From Massalongia carnosa (taxonomy: Eukaryota), in NCBI GenBank assembly GCA_965645245.1, contig OZ287067.1, positions 992,001 to 1,056,000 of the forward strand: 64,000 nucleotides of DNA. The letters are read 5' to 3'. Below are positions 1 through 10,703 of this stretch, in pieces. A program made the translations under genes and the position numbers. Under the pieces are notes generated by a model that did no database searches, was not told the DNA's origin, and saw only the letters and a program-made list of their open reading frames with translations. Position 1 is the first letter of the stretch, and each line of letters opens with the position of its first letter.

Positions 1-2760
1 TTCACCAAGATAGACATCATCGCCGCCTTCAATATGCTCCGCATACGAGAAGGAGACGAAGAACTCACCGCTTTTCGCACTCGTTTCGGCCTTTTCGAGT
101 CCTTGGTCCTACCCTTCGGCCTATGCAACGGGCCCGCCTCATTTCAGCACTTCATCAACGATACGCTTCACGAGTATCTTGCTGACTTTTGCACTGCGTA
201 CCTAGATGATATCCTCATCTACAGTGACAATGAGCTGGAGCACGAGGTCCACGTCAAAAAAATCCTGTCTCGACTCCGAGATGCAGGCCTGCAAGCCGAC
301 ATCACCAAGTGCAAGTTCCATGTCACCGAAATTGCATACCTAGGGATGATCGTGACCACCGAAGGGATAAAAATGGACCCGGCCAAGGTGGAAACCGTCG
401 TCAATTGGCCAAACCTCGTCAATGTGAAAGATGTGCAAAGCTTTCTGGGTTTTGCTAACTTTTATAGACGATTCGTGTATGGGTTTAGCGACATAGCTGG
501 CCCCCTAACCAACCTGACCAAGAAGGAGACGGAATTCCTGTGGACTGACAAATGCCAATTGGCATTCGAAATGCTGAAAAAAGCTTTCACCTCCGATGTC
601 ATTCTCAGGCATTTCGACCCCGATCGTCCCATCATCGTCGAAACCGATGCCTCCGACTATGTTTCGGGGGGCATTCTTTCTCAATACGACGATGATGGGA
701 TACTTCACCCCGTCGCCTACTTCTCAAAGAAGCACAATCCCGCCGAGTGCAACTACGAGATCTATGACAAAGAACTGATGGCAATCGTTCGATGTTTTGA
801 AGAATGGCGACCCGAACTAGAAGGATCTGCCTTCCCCATCAGCGTCATATCCGACCACAAAAACCTGGAGTATTTTGCCTCCACCAAGCAGCTCAGCCGT
901 CGCCAAGCTAGATGGAGCGAATTTCTCTCTCGATTTGACTTCAAGATAGTCTATCGACCAGGAAAAGCCGGAGGAAAACCGGACGCTCTAACTCGTCGAT
1001 CGGGAGATCTTCCTAAAGAAGGGGATGATACGGACGAGCGAAGGAAATTTCAACACCAAACCATTTTGAAAACCGAAAACCTGGATGAGGAAGTCGCAAA
1101 AAGTTATTTGCGATCCATTCTTCTGGCACCAGCTTTCCTAGATGATGCAGATATCGAAGAAGCAGAACCTCAGCTAGATGAGGACCTCATCGATCCCGAT
1201 GAGGATATCTCCACGGAGCTCCTCTGGGAACAAGCCCTGACACGAGACCAATTCGCCCCCGAAGTCCTGGAAGCCCTTCGTAATAACGAGAGGCATCACA
1301 ATCGAATCCAATTAGCCGAATGCGAAGATAGGGACGGTATCTTGTATTTTCGAAACAAGAAATACGTACCTCGATCCGATCGTCTGAGGCTTCGTATCAT
1401 TCAACTCGCTCACGATAGCGTCGCCGGCGGACATCCGGGCCGTTCCAAATGCCATGAGTTGGTAAATCGATCCTACTGGTGGCCCAGCATGCATCAGTCC
1501 ATCAAGCGATTTATCCGAAACTGCCACACTTGCAGAAGATCAAAACCATCCCGCCAGCGCTATCAGGGCTGGCTACGCCCACTCCCCCCCCCCGAGCGCA
1601 GATGGCGGGATATTTCCATGGATTATGTAGGCCCCCTGACCCCCAGCACCTTCATGGGAATCACTTATCGCTACATCTTGGTGGTTATAGATCGCCTGTC
1701 CAAGATGCGACATTTCATTCCTATCACGTCCATGGAAGTTGAAGACGCCGCCGATGCGTTCTATCAGAATGTCTGGAAACTACATGGGCTTCCCGAAGCC
1801 ATGGTTTCTGATCGTGGCCCCCAATTCGTCTCCGATTTCTGGCAGCTCATGTGCAAGAGGCTGAAAATCGACGCCAATCTATCCACCGGATACCACCCGG
1901 AGACCGACGGGCAGACCGAGCGAGCCAACGCCACCATGGAGCACTACCTAAGGGCTTATGTCAACTACATGCAGGATGACTGGGCACAATGGCTTCCTGG
2001 CGCCGAATTCGCCAGCAATAACACCGATTCATCTAGTATCCTAGCCTCCCCCTTCCTAGCCAACTTCGGGCAACATCCCCGCATGGGATTTGAACCGGAG
2101 GAACCCCTGCCGCAAGACCTAACCGCTCAGGGCAGAGCAAACCTAGTTGCAGCCAATCAGTTCGTGAATAAGATGCAGGATATCGACACTCATCTTCGAG
2201 ACGAAATGCTGATGGCCCAAGCTTCGTACGAAGCAACTGCAAATGCTAACCGACGTCCCTGCCCCCGCTATTTCGTTGGCGATATGGTGTGGCTAAGCAC
2301 CAGAAATATCCAAACCGCTCGCCCCACAGTCAAGCTGGATGACCGAAATATCGGCCCCTACCGCGTCAGCAAGGTGTTTTCCAACCCCTTGATCGTACAG
2401 CTGGAGCTTCCCGATACCGTCAAAATCCATCCCGTCTTTCACGTCAATCTGTTGCAGCATGATGCCAATGACCCCCTCCCCGGGCAGAGACCGGAGCCTA
2501 GAGACCCCGTCATCGCCGAAGATGGCCAACGAGAATGGTATGTCAATAGGGTATTGAATTCCAAGCTCGACCGACGTTTTCAACCCCCGCTTCTGAAATA
2601 CCTAGTGGATTGGGAAGGGCATCCTTCCACCTGGGAGCCTTTCAACTATCTCATCAATTGTCAGCAAGTCATAGACGAATACCACCAAGCCTATCCCAAT
2701 GCGGCCGGCCCTCATCTAAACCCCTGTCAAATTCCCCGTTGCCAATGCCACGAGGCATAG
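1..2760 (+). CDS. pol: Pol, 3' part (RT, RNase H, integrase, chromodomain)
   Basis: YLDD, TDASD, H..H..CHTC zinc finger, SDRG/TDGQTER integrase core, EWYVNRVL..KYLVDWEG..TWEP chromodomain. Confidence 0.97.
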   Translation, partial: FTKIDIIAAFNMLRIREGDEELTAFRTRFGLFESLVLPFGLCNGPASFQHFINDTLHEYLADFCTAYLDDILIYSDNELEHEVHVKKILSRLRDAGLQADITKCKFHVTEIAYLGMIVTTEGIKMDPAKVETVVNWPNLVNVKDVQSFLGFANFYRRFVYGFSDIAGPLTNLTKKETEFLWTDKCQLAFEMLKKAFTSDVILRHFDPDRPIIVETDASDYVSGGILSQYDDDGILHPVAYFSKKHNPAECNYEIYDKELMAIVRCFEEWRPELEGSAFPISVISDHKNLEYFASTKQLSRRQARWSEFLSRFDFKIVYRPGKAGGKPDALTRRSGDLPKEGDDTDERRKFQHQTILKTENLDEEVAKSYLRSILLAPAFLDDADIEEAEPQLDEDLIDPDEDISTELLWEQALTRDQFAPEVLEALRNNERHHNRIQLAECEDRDGILYFRNKKYVPRSDRLRLRIIQLAHDSVAGGHPGRSKCHELVNRSYWWPSMHQSIKRFIRNCHTCRRSKPSRQRYQGWLRPLPPPERRWRDISMDYVGPLTPSTFMGITYRYILVVIDRLSKMRHFIPITSMEVEDAADAFYQNVWKLHGLPEAMVSDRGPQFVSDFWQLMCKRLKIDANLSTGYHPETDGQTERANATMEHYLRAYVNYMQDDWAQWLPGAEFASNNTDSSSILASPFLANFGQHPRMGFEPEEPLPQDLTAQGRANLVAANQFVNKMQDIDTHLRDEMLMAQASYEATANANRRPCPRYFVGDMVWLSTRNIQTARPTVKLDDRNIGPYRVSKVFSNPLIVQLELPDTVKIHPVFHVNLLQHDANDPLPGQRPEPRDPVIAEDGQREWYVNRVLNSKLDRRFQPPLLKYLVDWEGHPSTWEPFNYLINCQQVIDEYHQAYPNAAGPHLNPCQIPRCQCHEA

Positions 2761-2803
2761 ATAAGATGGCATCGCAGGAGCTCTGCCTTGAAGGGGGAGC
2801 TAC

Positions 2804-3290
2804 TGTCATGAAATGCCTCCGACCTCACCACGTGCCTCTATCACGTGCCTTGATCTGATGACTACTCACGGACGTCGTGCCATGCCTTCGGGACCCTCAT
2901 ATCATTCTTCGAATTCGCCGATTACTGATCATTAATCAGCCTCGCATTGATGATTTATTCCCGTCTTTCGACTATTATCATGTCTAATAGCTTCGCATTG
3001 ATGTTTGACATCTCCCGTCTCCTCGCTGACCCCATCGTGCTTATTGCCGCTATAATGCCCCTCATTCATCATCGCACTGACTAGACATCATTCGCCGCCA
3101 CCCTAGAAAGATGAATATGGGAGGACAAAGATATAAGAAAGAAGCCGAATCATGGAAGTTCTGATTCTTTGTCGAACGTCTTGAATAGCCAACCTAGCCT
3201 AGCCTAGATTCATAGCTATAGACTCAATCAATAAGCTTGACCATCAACCCACCTTGCCTTTGCCCTTGCCCTCGACCTGATTTCGTGACA
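2804..3290 (+). repeat. 3' LTR of A1 (487 bp)
   Basis: TG...CA ends; same sequence at 32196-32682 and 38390-38876. Confidence 0.97.
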
Positions 3291-4072
3291 ATTGCGCCAC
3301 CTGTCCTCCCGACCAAAAGGCACAATACTTAGTCCGCAGACCAAGCTCTATTCTACTATAACTGGGACTCCTGCTATGTTCGCTGTAGGTCCTGCTGTCG
3401 AGACTACGCATGGTCGAACCGTTACATCACGTTATAATCCCAAACATAAACCAAACACTTAATCAATCGAGTCTAAAGGATTCAAGAGCACATGAAGGTC
3501 AAGATATATGGGACGTGCGATGGGGGGGCGCTCTCGGTCGCAATACAAATAGACTCGGTTGGTTATATTAACCTGACAAATAGAGTCCACTACTTGATTT
3601 GTTCATCGGGATATAGATTACACATGCCACAACATCCTTCGTATCAAAGATAATATGGATGATCGTATCAATAGTGGACAAGAGGTGGCTTGGATGATAG
3701 TTAAAAGGTGGTATGGACGGTGGTCTGGATGGTGGTCAAAAGGTATTCTGAGTGGTGATCTGGATGGTAGATAAATGGTTGACGATAGATGGTCTAGATG
3801 ATGTTCAAAAGGTGGTATAAGAGGTGAACATTCAGTTCACGAAGAATGTGGCGAAGGGCCGTTGCGGAGCGTCGATGAGCAGGTCTGGGGCAGGAATCAG
3901 GCTTTTCGGGGGCGCTTACTATATTCAGTACTATCGTCTCCGCAAAGAACACTGTTGTCCTCTGCTATGTCCGCCGTTTTCAACGCTTCAGGTCTGAAGT
4001 GCCACGGACTCGTTGCCGCTTCCATGATACCTGGTAACTATTGTTACAGGTTAACGGATATCATTATACTAT

Positions 4073-4367
4073 CCCCCCCCTGAACAATCTTGAAAACATG
4101 GGATTTTGCAAGGGCGGTACGGGGGTATGTGTTAGGGTGAAAACGGGCGTGGATACAGGCTTGTCGCCAATCAGACAGTCGAATCTTCTGGATATTTGGG
4201 GACGGAGGTAAAATTACTAAGGGATTGCTGTAGGGCTGTACAGTAAAAAATATTCACATGTCCTGATTGGCTCGAAGCCCTGGTTTTCCACTCATGTGCT
4301 GTCAAGTCATCACTTCCGTCCTCCCCTTGCAAAAAACCCATGTTTTCAAGATTGTTCAGGGGGGGGG
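4073..4367. mobile_element. MITE-like element with ~40-bp terminal inverted repeats beginning with a C run
   Basis: Left CCCCCCCCTGAACAATCTTGAAAACATGGGATTTTGCAAGGG; right CCCCTTGCAAAAAACCCATGTTTTCAAGATTGTTCAGGGGGGGGG; AT on both flanks (possible 2-bp TSD); non-coding interior. Confidence 0.8.
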
Positions 4368-4851
4368 ATATGACATACTGAACCTTTACAGAGATGATCT
4401 ACGGTAAGCTAACACCAACTAACCCTAATCTAACAGCTAACAGGATTTTCTTGATCTAACAGGGGCTGTTTTAATTTAACAGGAACCGTTAGCATATCAT
4501 AACAAAGTCAACGATCCTAACACGCTAGATTTGGCTGCAATAGCAAACTTGGTCATTTTACTTTTCGCGTCGATCTCTTCTACTTTGCTCGTTTCCCAAA
4601 TCCACAGGTATTGCATATTCCTTGTTGCTTCTTTTTTTTCACTATGTCAACATCAAAGGCAACCACTATCAACAACCCACCAAGGATCACAATTGTACGA
4701 ACCTCCCCAGGATGTATAGAAACCAACGCGTATCGGCTGACTTTGCTTTTCCTTCGAGAACTCTCAGGATTTTGATGATTCGCCTTCCAAGGAAGACTTG
4801 CCTACATTGACATAACTAAAACGCTCTCGTGCACAATTTGATGGAAATAAC

Positions 4852-5106
4852 TGTCATGGTGTGAGCGCGAGATGCTCTGCTAAGCGATACCTCCCGACAC
4901 GCTAAATGTTTTAGGTATCGCGTTAGCCTTAGTGGGGAGCTAACCGCATTCAGGTAAGGAAATGGGTTCCGGGAGTTACATGGAAAATCTCTGCAGCAAT
5001 TGATGCTTTCTTCCTTGTGTTCGTCTTGTCTATCTAGTATAGTCATAGCTAGCAATGCCACCACCTTCACCACCTGAATAGGCCCCCCCGTTGCCGCCTC
5101 GTCACA
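4852..5106 (+). repeat. 5' LTR of B
   Basis: TGTCATGG...CGTCACA, repeated at 10449-10703. Confidence 0.97.
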
Positions 5107-5170
5107 TTACGAACACCTCACCCGTGTTCAGGTGGTGCTCCGTTCCTCGTTTCTCATTCACCTCTTTAGT

Positions 5171-6415
5171 ATGGCTTCCAGTTCCTCGTCCAAGATAGCC
5201 ACGCCCCGTTCCGAATCAAGTCCTGGCCTTTCCCCCCCAAGCTTCGATGACGAGGATTCTCTCGCCCCTCATGTTGCATCTATTGAGGCCTGGAGTCAAT
5301 CGGTCCAAAAATTCCCTCATGAATGGTATCATCAGGCCATTCAGTCCGCCAACCGATCAGCGACCCTTCAGGGCTTTCTAACGGAAAAATCAAATCAGTA
5401 TGACTTTCTGGAAGCTGAGCATAATAATATCCGTAGCCAGTTGCAGACCTCCAATAACGAGAACATCGCCTCTCGAGCCACCATCGCCAGCCTCCGTCAG
5501 CAGATCAGTGACCATCATCATCAACCCACCGCCCAGCGCGAGGCGCGCTCAGAGAAATTGCCGGACATCCCGAAGTTCTCGGGCAAGAAGGACGAGTTGC
5601 GCGAGTGGGTCACCCAGCTTAACCTGAAGCTCTTTGTGAATCAAGACCGTTTCACGAATCCCAAAGCCGGCCTTCTGTACGCCATCAGCCGCTTAGAGGG
5701 TCGTGCCATGGCGCAAGTGCAACCCTACGTCAAGTCTCACAACGAAGTGAGTATCCCCGATGTGGCAGGGTTATTGGCTATGTTGGAGAGGGCCTTTGGG
5801 GACCCGGACAAAAAGGCCACGGCACAGCGGGAACTGCGGTCCCTGCGCCAGGCCAATAAGGAATTCCATGTCTACCTCTCGGACTTCCAGCGTATTGCCC
5901 CGGATACCAATTTCGACGAGGAGGCAATGCGCTCAGCTCTGCTGGAAGGCATCAGTGACGAGCTGAAGCAGCTCATGGTTACCCAAATCACTCCCGAGGA
6001 CCTCGACGAACTGGTGACCCTCCTCCAACGGCTAGACACCCGCCAACGGAATGTCAATGCTTCCCTCCGGAAGCCATACCCCCCCCGGTCCGCCCCACCT
6101 TCTTCTGGTGTGGGGACCCCCCCTCATAACCCCCTGTCGGGAGGAGTCGCCCTCCCCCGATCCGTCTCTTCTTCCGCCGCCTCCCCGTCTCCCCTTCCGG
6201 CCGCCGAGCCAATGGACCTCTCCGCCACACACAGAGGTAAGTTACCTCAAGCAGAAGTCACCCGTCGGATGAACGAAGGGTTGTGCCGCTACTGTGGGGG
6301 GTCAGGACATTTTGCGGCCGTCTGCCCTCGAAAGGGAGAAACCAAGCCGCGAACCTCTCGGCTGAACGAGTCCTCTCTAGCTGAGGTCTCGGAAAACGCG
6401 TCGTCTTCGGGCTAA
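5171..6415 (+). CDS. gag: Gag of B
   Basis: EKLPDIPKFSG capsid-like start, PMDLS, zinc knuckle CRYCGGSGHFAAVC. Confidence 0.95.
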   Translation: MASSSSSKIATPRSESSPGLSPPSFDDEDSLAPHVASIEAWSQSVQKFPHEWYHQAIQSANRSATLQGFLTEKSNQYDFLEAEHNNIRSQLQTSNNENIASRATIASLRQQISDHHHQPTAQREARSEKLPDIPKFSGKKDELREWVTQLNLKLFVNQDRFTNPKAGLLYAISRLEGRAMAQVQPYVKSHNEVSIPDVAGLLAMLERAFGDPDKKATAQRELRSLRQANKEFHVYLSDFQRIAPDTNFDEEAMRSALLEGISDELKQLMVTQITPEDLDELVTLLQRLDTRQRNVNASLRKPYPPRSAPPSSGVGTPPHNPLSGGVALPRSVSSSAASPSPLPAAEPMDLSATHRGKLPQAEVTRRMNEGLCRYCGGSGHFAAVCPRKGETKPRTSRLNESSLAEVSENASSSG

Positions 6416-9400
6416 GTCGCCCCCGAAGACGTTCAGAAGGGGTCCCTGTGTCGATTTCAGCCTTTTCTCTCTCAGAAGATTCGTTAGACGGTAGACATTG
6501 TGTCATATCTATAGCACTCTCTGTGGAAAATCGAGTTATACACACCCATGCTTTGATTGATTGCGGTGCCTCGGGCTACGCATTCATTGATTCATCCTTC
6601 GCGCGAAACAATTCCCTGCCTTTCACCCCTCTTGTCCGTCCTCGTATCCTCGAAGTAGTCGATGGTCGCCCCGCGGCGGCCGGAAAACTTACTCATCTGA
6701 TCAAGTCAAGGATGCGAATAAACCGTCATTCCGAGCAAGGCTCGTTCTTAGTTACCCAACTGGGTCATTATCCTGTCGTCCTGGGAGTCAAGTGGCTTCA
6801 AATTCATGACCCCTCCGTCAGCTGGACTGAAAATACCCTGACCTTCTCGTCCACGTACTGTTTCCAGGAGTGTTTAGAGAATAAACACGTCCCTCTTGTC
6901 ATTTCTGGCCTTCCTGATCCATCTGAAGGGACTCCTGAGTCCGCTTCGTCCCTGTCCTTGAAAACCGTCGAATCACGCAAGAACGAGGTCTCTTGTATGA
7001 AAACTCCTGAAACCCTGAAAGTCAGTGAGAACAAGGTCTCTCGCTCGACTCCTAGAACTCTCGAAGTCAGTGTATTAAACGCTCCTTCAAGTCCTGAATC
7101 CCGAACACTTCTTGAGCCACCGATCTCGAACGCACGACCAATGACGGTCTGCACGGAATCTCCCGATCCCTCACCTATGAGCATTTACATGGTTGGAGCC
7201 GCTCCATTCTCGACCCTGATGAAGGACCGGAAGAACGAAATCTTCACCGCTTCCATGTATGAAATTGACAAAGCCCTTGAACAACTCAGAAATCCGAGAG
7301 AGAAAGTCAATCTCTCCGCCTCGTCCCTCGAAGATATCGCCAAGTCCTTGAAGCCCAAGAAAATCATCGATCCCGCCAGTATAGTGCCCGTGGAATTTCA
7401 CGATCTTCTAGACGTCTTCTCCAAGCAAGAAGCCGATAAACTACCCCCGCACCGCTCCTACGATCATAAAATCGTTCTCAAGGAAGGAGCCATACCCTCG
7501 TCAGGCCCGCTGTACAAGATGTCAGCTCCTGAACTACTAGTCTTGCAGAAATACTTGAAAGAAAACCTAGCCAAAGGATTTATTCGTGCCAGCTCCTCGC
7601 CCTGCTCCTCGCCCGTGTTATTCGCCCGAAAACCGTCGGGAGGACTGCGTTTCTGTGTAGACTATCGAGCTCTGAACGCGATCACGATCAAGAATCGCTA
7701 TCCAATACCACTGATTCAAGAAACACTAGATCGTCTTGCCAAGGCCATGATTTTCTCTAAGTTTGACATCATCGCGGCTTTCAACAAGCTACGAATGCAG
7801 AGCGGGCAAGAATGGATGACCGCTTTCAAGACCAGGTACGGTCTCTTCGAATATGAAGTATTGCCTTTCGGACTTTCAGGGGGGCCCGGCTCCTTTCAGC
7901 ACTATATCAACGACGTTCTTCGAGAATATTTAGATGCCTTTTGCACCGCCTATATCGACGACATTCTTGTATACAGTAAATCAAAGAAGGAACACAAGAT
8001 TCACGTAAGAAAAGTTCTTGAAGCTCTGAGGTCCGCAGGTCTGCAACTGGACATAGAAAAGTGTGAATTCTTCGTCACGGAAACCACTTACCTGGGACTT
8101 ATCATTTCGGACAAAGGAATCAAGATGGACCCACGAAAAGTTCAGACGATCAAGGACTGGATAACACCCAAGAACATTAAGGATATTCAAGCTTTCGTGG
8201 GCTTCGCAAATTTCTATAGACGCTTCGTCAAGGGTTTCTCAGCCATTGCCTCGCCCCTGATCAAACTGACGAAAAAGGGGACCGTGTTCTCTTGGAACTC
8301 CGAGTGTGAGGCCGCGTTTCAAAGGCTAAAAAACGCATTTGTTAGCGATCTCATTCTGATGCATTTCGATCCTGAAAAGAAAATCGTGGTAGAAGTTGAC
8401 GCTTCCGACTGGGTAGTGGGGGGTGTACTCTCACAGTACGATGACGAGGGAGTTCTACGCCCTGTAGCCTTCTTCTCGAAAAAACACGCCCCCGCGGAAA
8501 TCAATTACGAGATCTATGACAAGGAACTCATGGCCATCATTCGAGCTTTCGAGGAATGGAGATCCGAGCTCGAAGGAGCCGCCTTTCCTATTCAAGTCAT
8601 TTCTGATCATAAGAATCTCGAATACTTCATGACAACGAAACAGCTCAGTCGTCGTCAAGCACGCTGGTCCGAGTATCTCTCCCGCTTCGATTTCCAGATC
8701 ATGTACCGCCCAGGGAAAAGCGGTGGAAAACCCGACGCCCTGACTAGAAGGTCTCAAGACCTACCGAAGGGGGAGGATGATCCACGGATAAAAATTCAAC
8801 ATCAAGTGGTCTTGAAACCTCGAAATCTTGAACTTCTAGCGAACGGATTAGCAGATGAACCTCTCGAAGAAAATGTTGAAGCCTCGGAACAAAGTGAACC
8901 TCTGGAAATCGCCTCAGATCAGGATGAAATCAAGACCTTGGAAGAATTATGGCAAGAAGCATTGGAAAAGGACCTCTTTCCGATGAGAATTCTGGAATTA
9001 TTACGATCAGGTGCTAGACACTCCAAGGAAATCTCGCTGGCAGAGTGCACAGAGATGGATGGCCGACTGCACTATCGAGGAAAGATATACGTTCCGGACT
9101 CACACGCCCTGAAGATGAGACTTTGCAAGTCCGTTCACGATAGCCCTGTAGCCGGTCATCCCGGTCGAGCCAAGACCTTTGATCTTCTGCAACGTCACTA
9201 TTACTGGCCACGATTCTATCAGTTCGTAGCAAGGTACGTGCAACATTGTCAAGTTTGTGCAAGAAGCAAGCCCTCTCGTCAAGGAAAAATGGGAGTCTTG
9301 AAACCGTTACCCGTCCCGGAGCGCCGCTGGCAAGATATTTCGATGGACTTCGTGACTGGGCTTCCAGAAAGTAGTGGGTTCGACGCCATATTAGTGGTGG

Positions 9401-10392
9401 TCGATCGTCTATCGAAACGACGGCACTTCTCTCCATGCCTCACCACGATCAATGCTCAGGAACTGGCTGAACTCTTTCTTCGAGATATTTGGAAACTACA
9501 CGGGTTGCCGAGCACCGTAGTATCGGATCGTGGAGTGCTCTTTGTATCGGAATTTTGGAAAAAGCTCTGTCAACTACTGGGTATCAAGAGCCTGTTATCA
9601 ACGGCCTTCCATCCAGAAACGGACGGTCAAACCGAGCGAGTAAACGCCTCCATGGAACAATACCTTCGAAGCTACACGGACTATCTTCAAGACGATTGGG
9701 CAAGTTGGTTACCCATGGCAGAATTCACAGGGAACAATGTAGTGTCCGAGACGACTGGGTGCAGCCCATTCCTGGCCGAGATGGGATTTCATCCGAGAAT
9801 GGGATTCGAATCGATTGAGCCCTCTCGATCCCCAGCCAGTCTAAACGCAGGGGAGTTCGCCAAGAAGATGCAAGATATCTCGTCCGTGCTACAGGAAGAG
9901 ATGAAGTTCGCGCAAGCCAGGTACGAGACTGGAGCCAATGAACATCGTGTACCAGCACCAAGTTACCAAGCAGGAGACGAAGTATGGTTGAGTACTAAGA
10001 ACATCCGTACTCAAAGACCTGCTCGAAAGCTTGACTGGAAAAATCTGGGTCCATTCAAGATATCTAAGGTGGTAAGCAAATACGCGTATCAACTCGAGCT
10101 GCCCCCCGGCATGAAAATTCATCCTGTGTTCCACGTATCCCTTCTCTCGCCCGTGCCGCAACACCCTCATCCCGATCACATCCCCCCTCCCGCACCACCT
10201 ATTGAAGTCGAAGGCGAAGAAGAATACGAGGTTGAAGAAATTCTAGACTCCAAGAAATTTCGAAACCGCCTAAAGTACCTGGTGCAATGGACGGGCTGGA
10301 ACGACCCCACCTGGGAGTATGCTGAGTATGTTACTAACGCCAAGGAAAGGGTAGCAGAATTTCATCAACGATACCCAGCCAAGCCACGATAG
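6391..10392 (+). CDS. pol: Pol of B (PR-RT-RH-IN-chromodomain), probably expressed by -1 frameshift
   Basis: LIDCGAS, YIDD, VDASD, integrase, EYEVEEILDS..YLVQW chromodomain; pol is in the -1 frame relative to gag; G GAA AAC at 6391-6397. Confidence 0.95.
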   Translation, partial: GKRVVFGLSRPRRRSEGVPVSISAFSLSEDSLDGRHCVISIALSVENRVIHTHALIDCGASGYAFIDSSFARNNSLPFTPLVRPRILEVVDGRPAAAGKLTHLIKSRMRINRHSEQGSFLVTQLGHYPVVLGVKWLQIHDPSVSWTENTLTFSSTYCFQECLENKHVPLVISGLPDPSEGTPESASSLSLKTVESRKNEVSCMKTPETLKVSENKVSRSTPRTLEVSVLNAPSSPESRTLLEPPISNARPMTVCTESPDPSPMSIYMVGAAPFSTLMKDRKNEIFTASMYEIDKALEQLRNPREKVNLSASSLEDIAKSLKPKKIIDPASIVPVEFHDLLDVFSKQEADKLPPHRSYDHKIVLKEGAIPSSGPLYKMSAPELLVLQKYLKENLAKGFIRASSSPCSSPVLFARKPSGGLRFCVDYRALNAITIKNRYPIPLIQETLDRLAKAMIFSKFDIIAAFNKLRMQSGQEWMTAFKTRYGLFEYEVLPFGLSGGPGSFQHYINDVLREYLDAFCTAYIDDILVYSKSKKEHKIHVRKVLEALRSAGLQLDIEKCEFFVTETTYLGLIISDKGIKMDPRKVQTIKDWITPKNIKDIQAFVGFANFYRRFVKGFSAIASPLIKLTKKGTVFSWNSECEAAFQRLKNAFVSDLILMHFDPEKKIVVEVDASDWVVGGVLSQYDDEGVLRPVAFFSKKHAPAEINYEIYDKELMAIIRAFEEWRSELEGAAFPIQVISDHKNLEYFMTTKQLSRRQARWSEYLSRFDFQIMYRPGKSGGKPDALTRRSQDLPKGEDDPRIKIQHQVVLKPRNLELLANGLADEPLEENVEASEQSEPLEIASDQDEIKTLEELWQEALEKDLFPMRILELLRSGARHSKEISLAECTEMDGRLHYRGKIYVPDSHALKMRLCKSVHDSPVAGHPGRAKTFDLLQRHYYWPRFYQFVARYVQHCQVCARSKPSRQGKMGVLKPLPVPERRWQDISMDFVTGLPESSGFDAILVVVDRLSKRRHFSPCLTTINAQELAELFLRDIWKLHGLPSTVVSDRGVLFVSEFWKKLCQLLGIKSLLSTAFHPETDGQTERVNASMEQYLRSYTDYLQDDWASWLPMAEFTGNNVVSETTGCSPFLAEMGFHPRMGFESIEPSRSPASLNAGEFAKKMQDISSVLQEEMKFAQARYETGANEHRVPAPSYQAGDEVWLSTKNIRTQRPARKLDWKNLGPFKISKVVSKYAYQLELPPGMKIHPVFHVSLLSPVPQHPHPDHIPPPAPPIEVEGEEEYEVEEILDSKKFRNRLKYLVQWTGWNDPTWEYAEYVTNAKERVAEFHQRYPAKPR

Positions 10393-10448
10393 CTCACACC
10401 CTGAAGCTATAAAGCCTGCGTGGAAGCAGGCCTTGAAGGGGGAGCTAC

Positions 10449-10703
10449 TGTCATGGTGTGAGCGCGAGATGCTCTGCTAAGCGATACCTCCCGACACGCT
10501 AAATGTTTTAGGTATCGCGTTAGCCTTAGTGGGGAGCTAACCGCATTCAGGTAAGGAAATGGGTTCCGGGAGTTACATGGAAAATCTCTGCAGCAATTGA
10601 TGCTTTCTTCCTTGTGTTCGTCTTGTCTATCTAGTATAGTCATAGCTAGCAATGCCACCACCTTCACCACCTGAATAGGCCCCCCCGTTGCCGCCTCGTC
10701 ACA
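10449..10703 (+). repeat. 3' LTR of B
   Basis: Direct repeat of 4852-5106 followed by TSD ATAAC. Confidence 0.97.

Larger units (their letters stand above)
1..3290 (+). mobile_element. Ty3/gypsy chromovirus family A, copy A1 (5' part outside window)
   Basis: RT-RNaseH-integrase-chromodomain ORF, PPT GAAGGGGGAG (2790-2799), then 487-bp LTR TGTCATG...CGTGACA; nearly identical to copy A2. Confidence 0.97.
4852..10703 (+). mobile_element. Full-length intact Ty3/gypsy chromovirus family B
   Basis: 255-bp LTRs 4852-5106 and 10449-10703, identical by eye; 5-bp TSD ATAAC; PPT GAAGGGGGAG; intact gag and pol. Confidence 0.98.

Noticed and set aside
4419..4428. Telomeric repeat CTAACCCTAA
   Set aside because: Fewer than two units; compatible with chance
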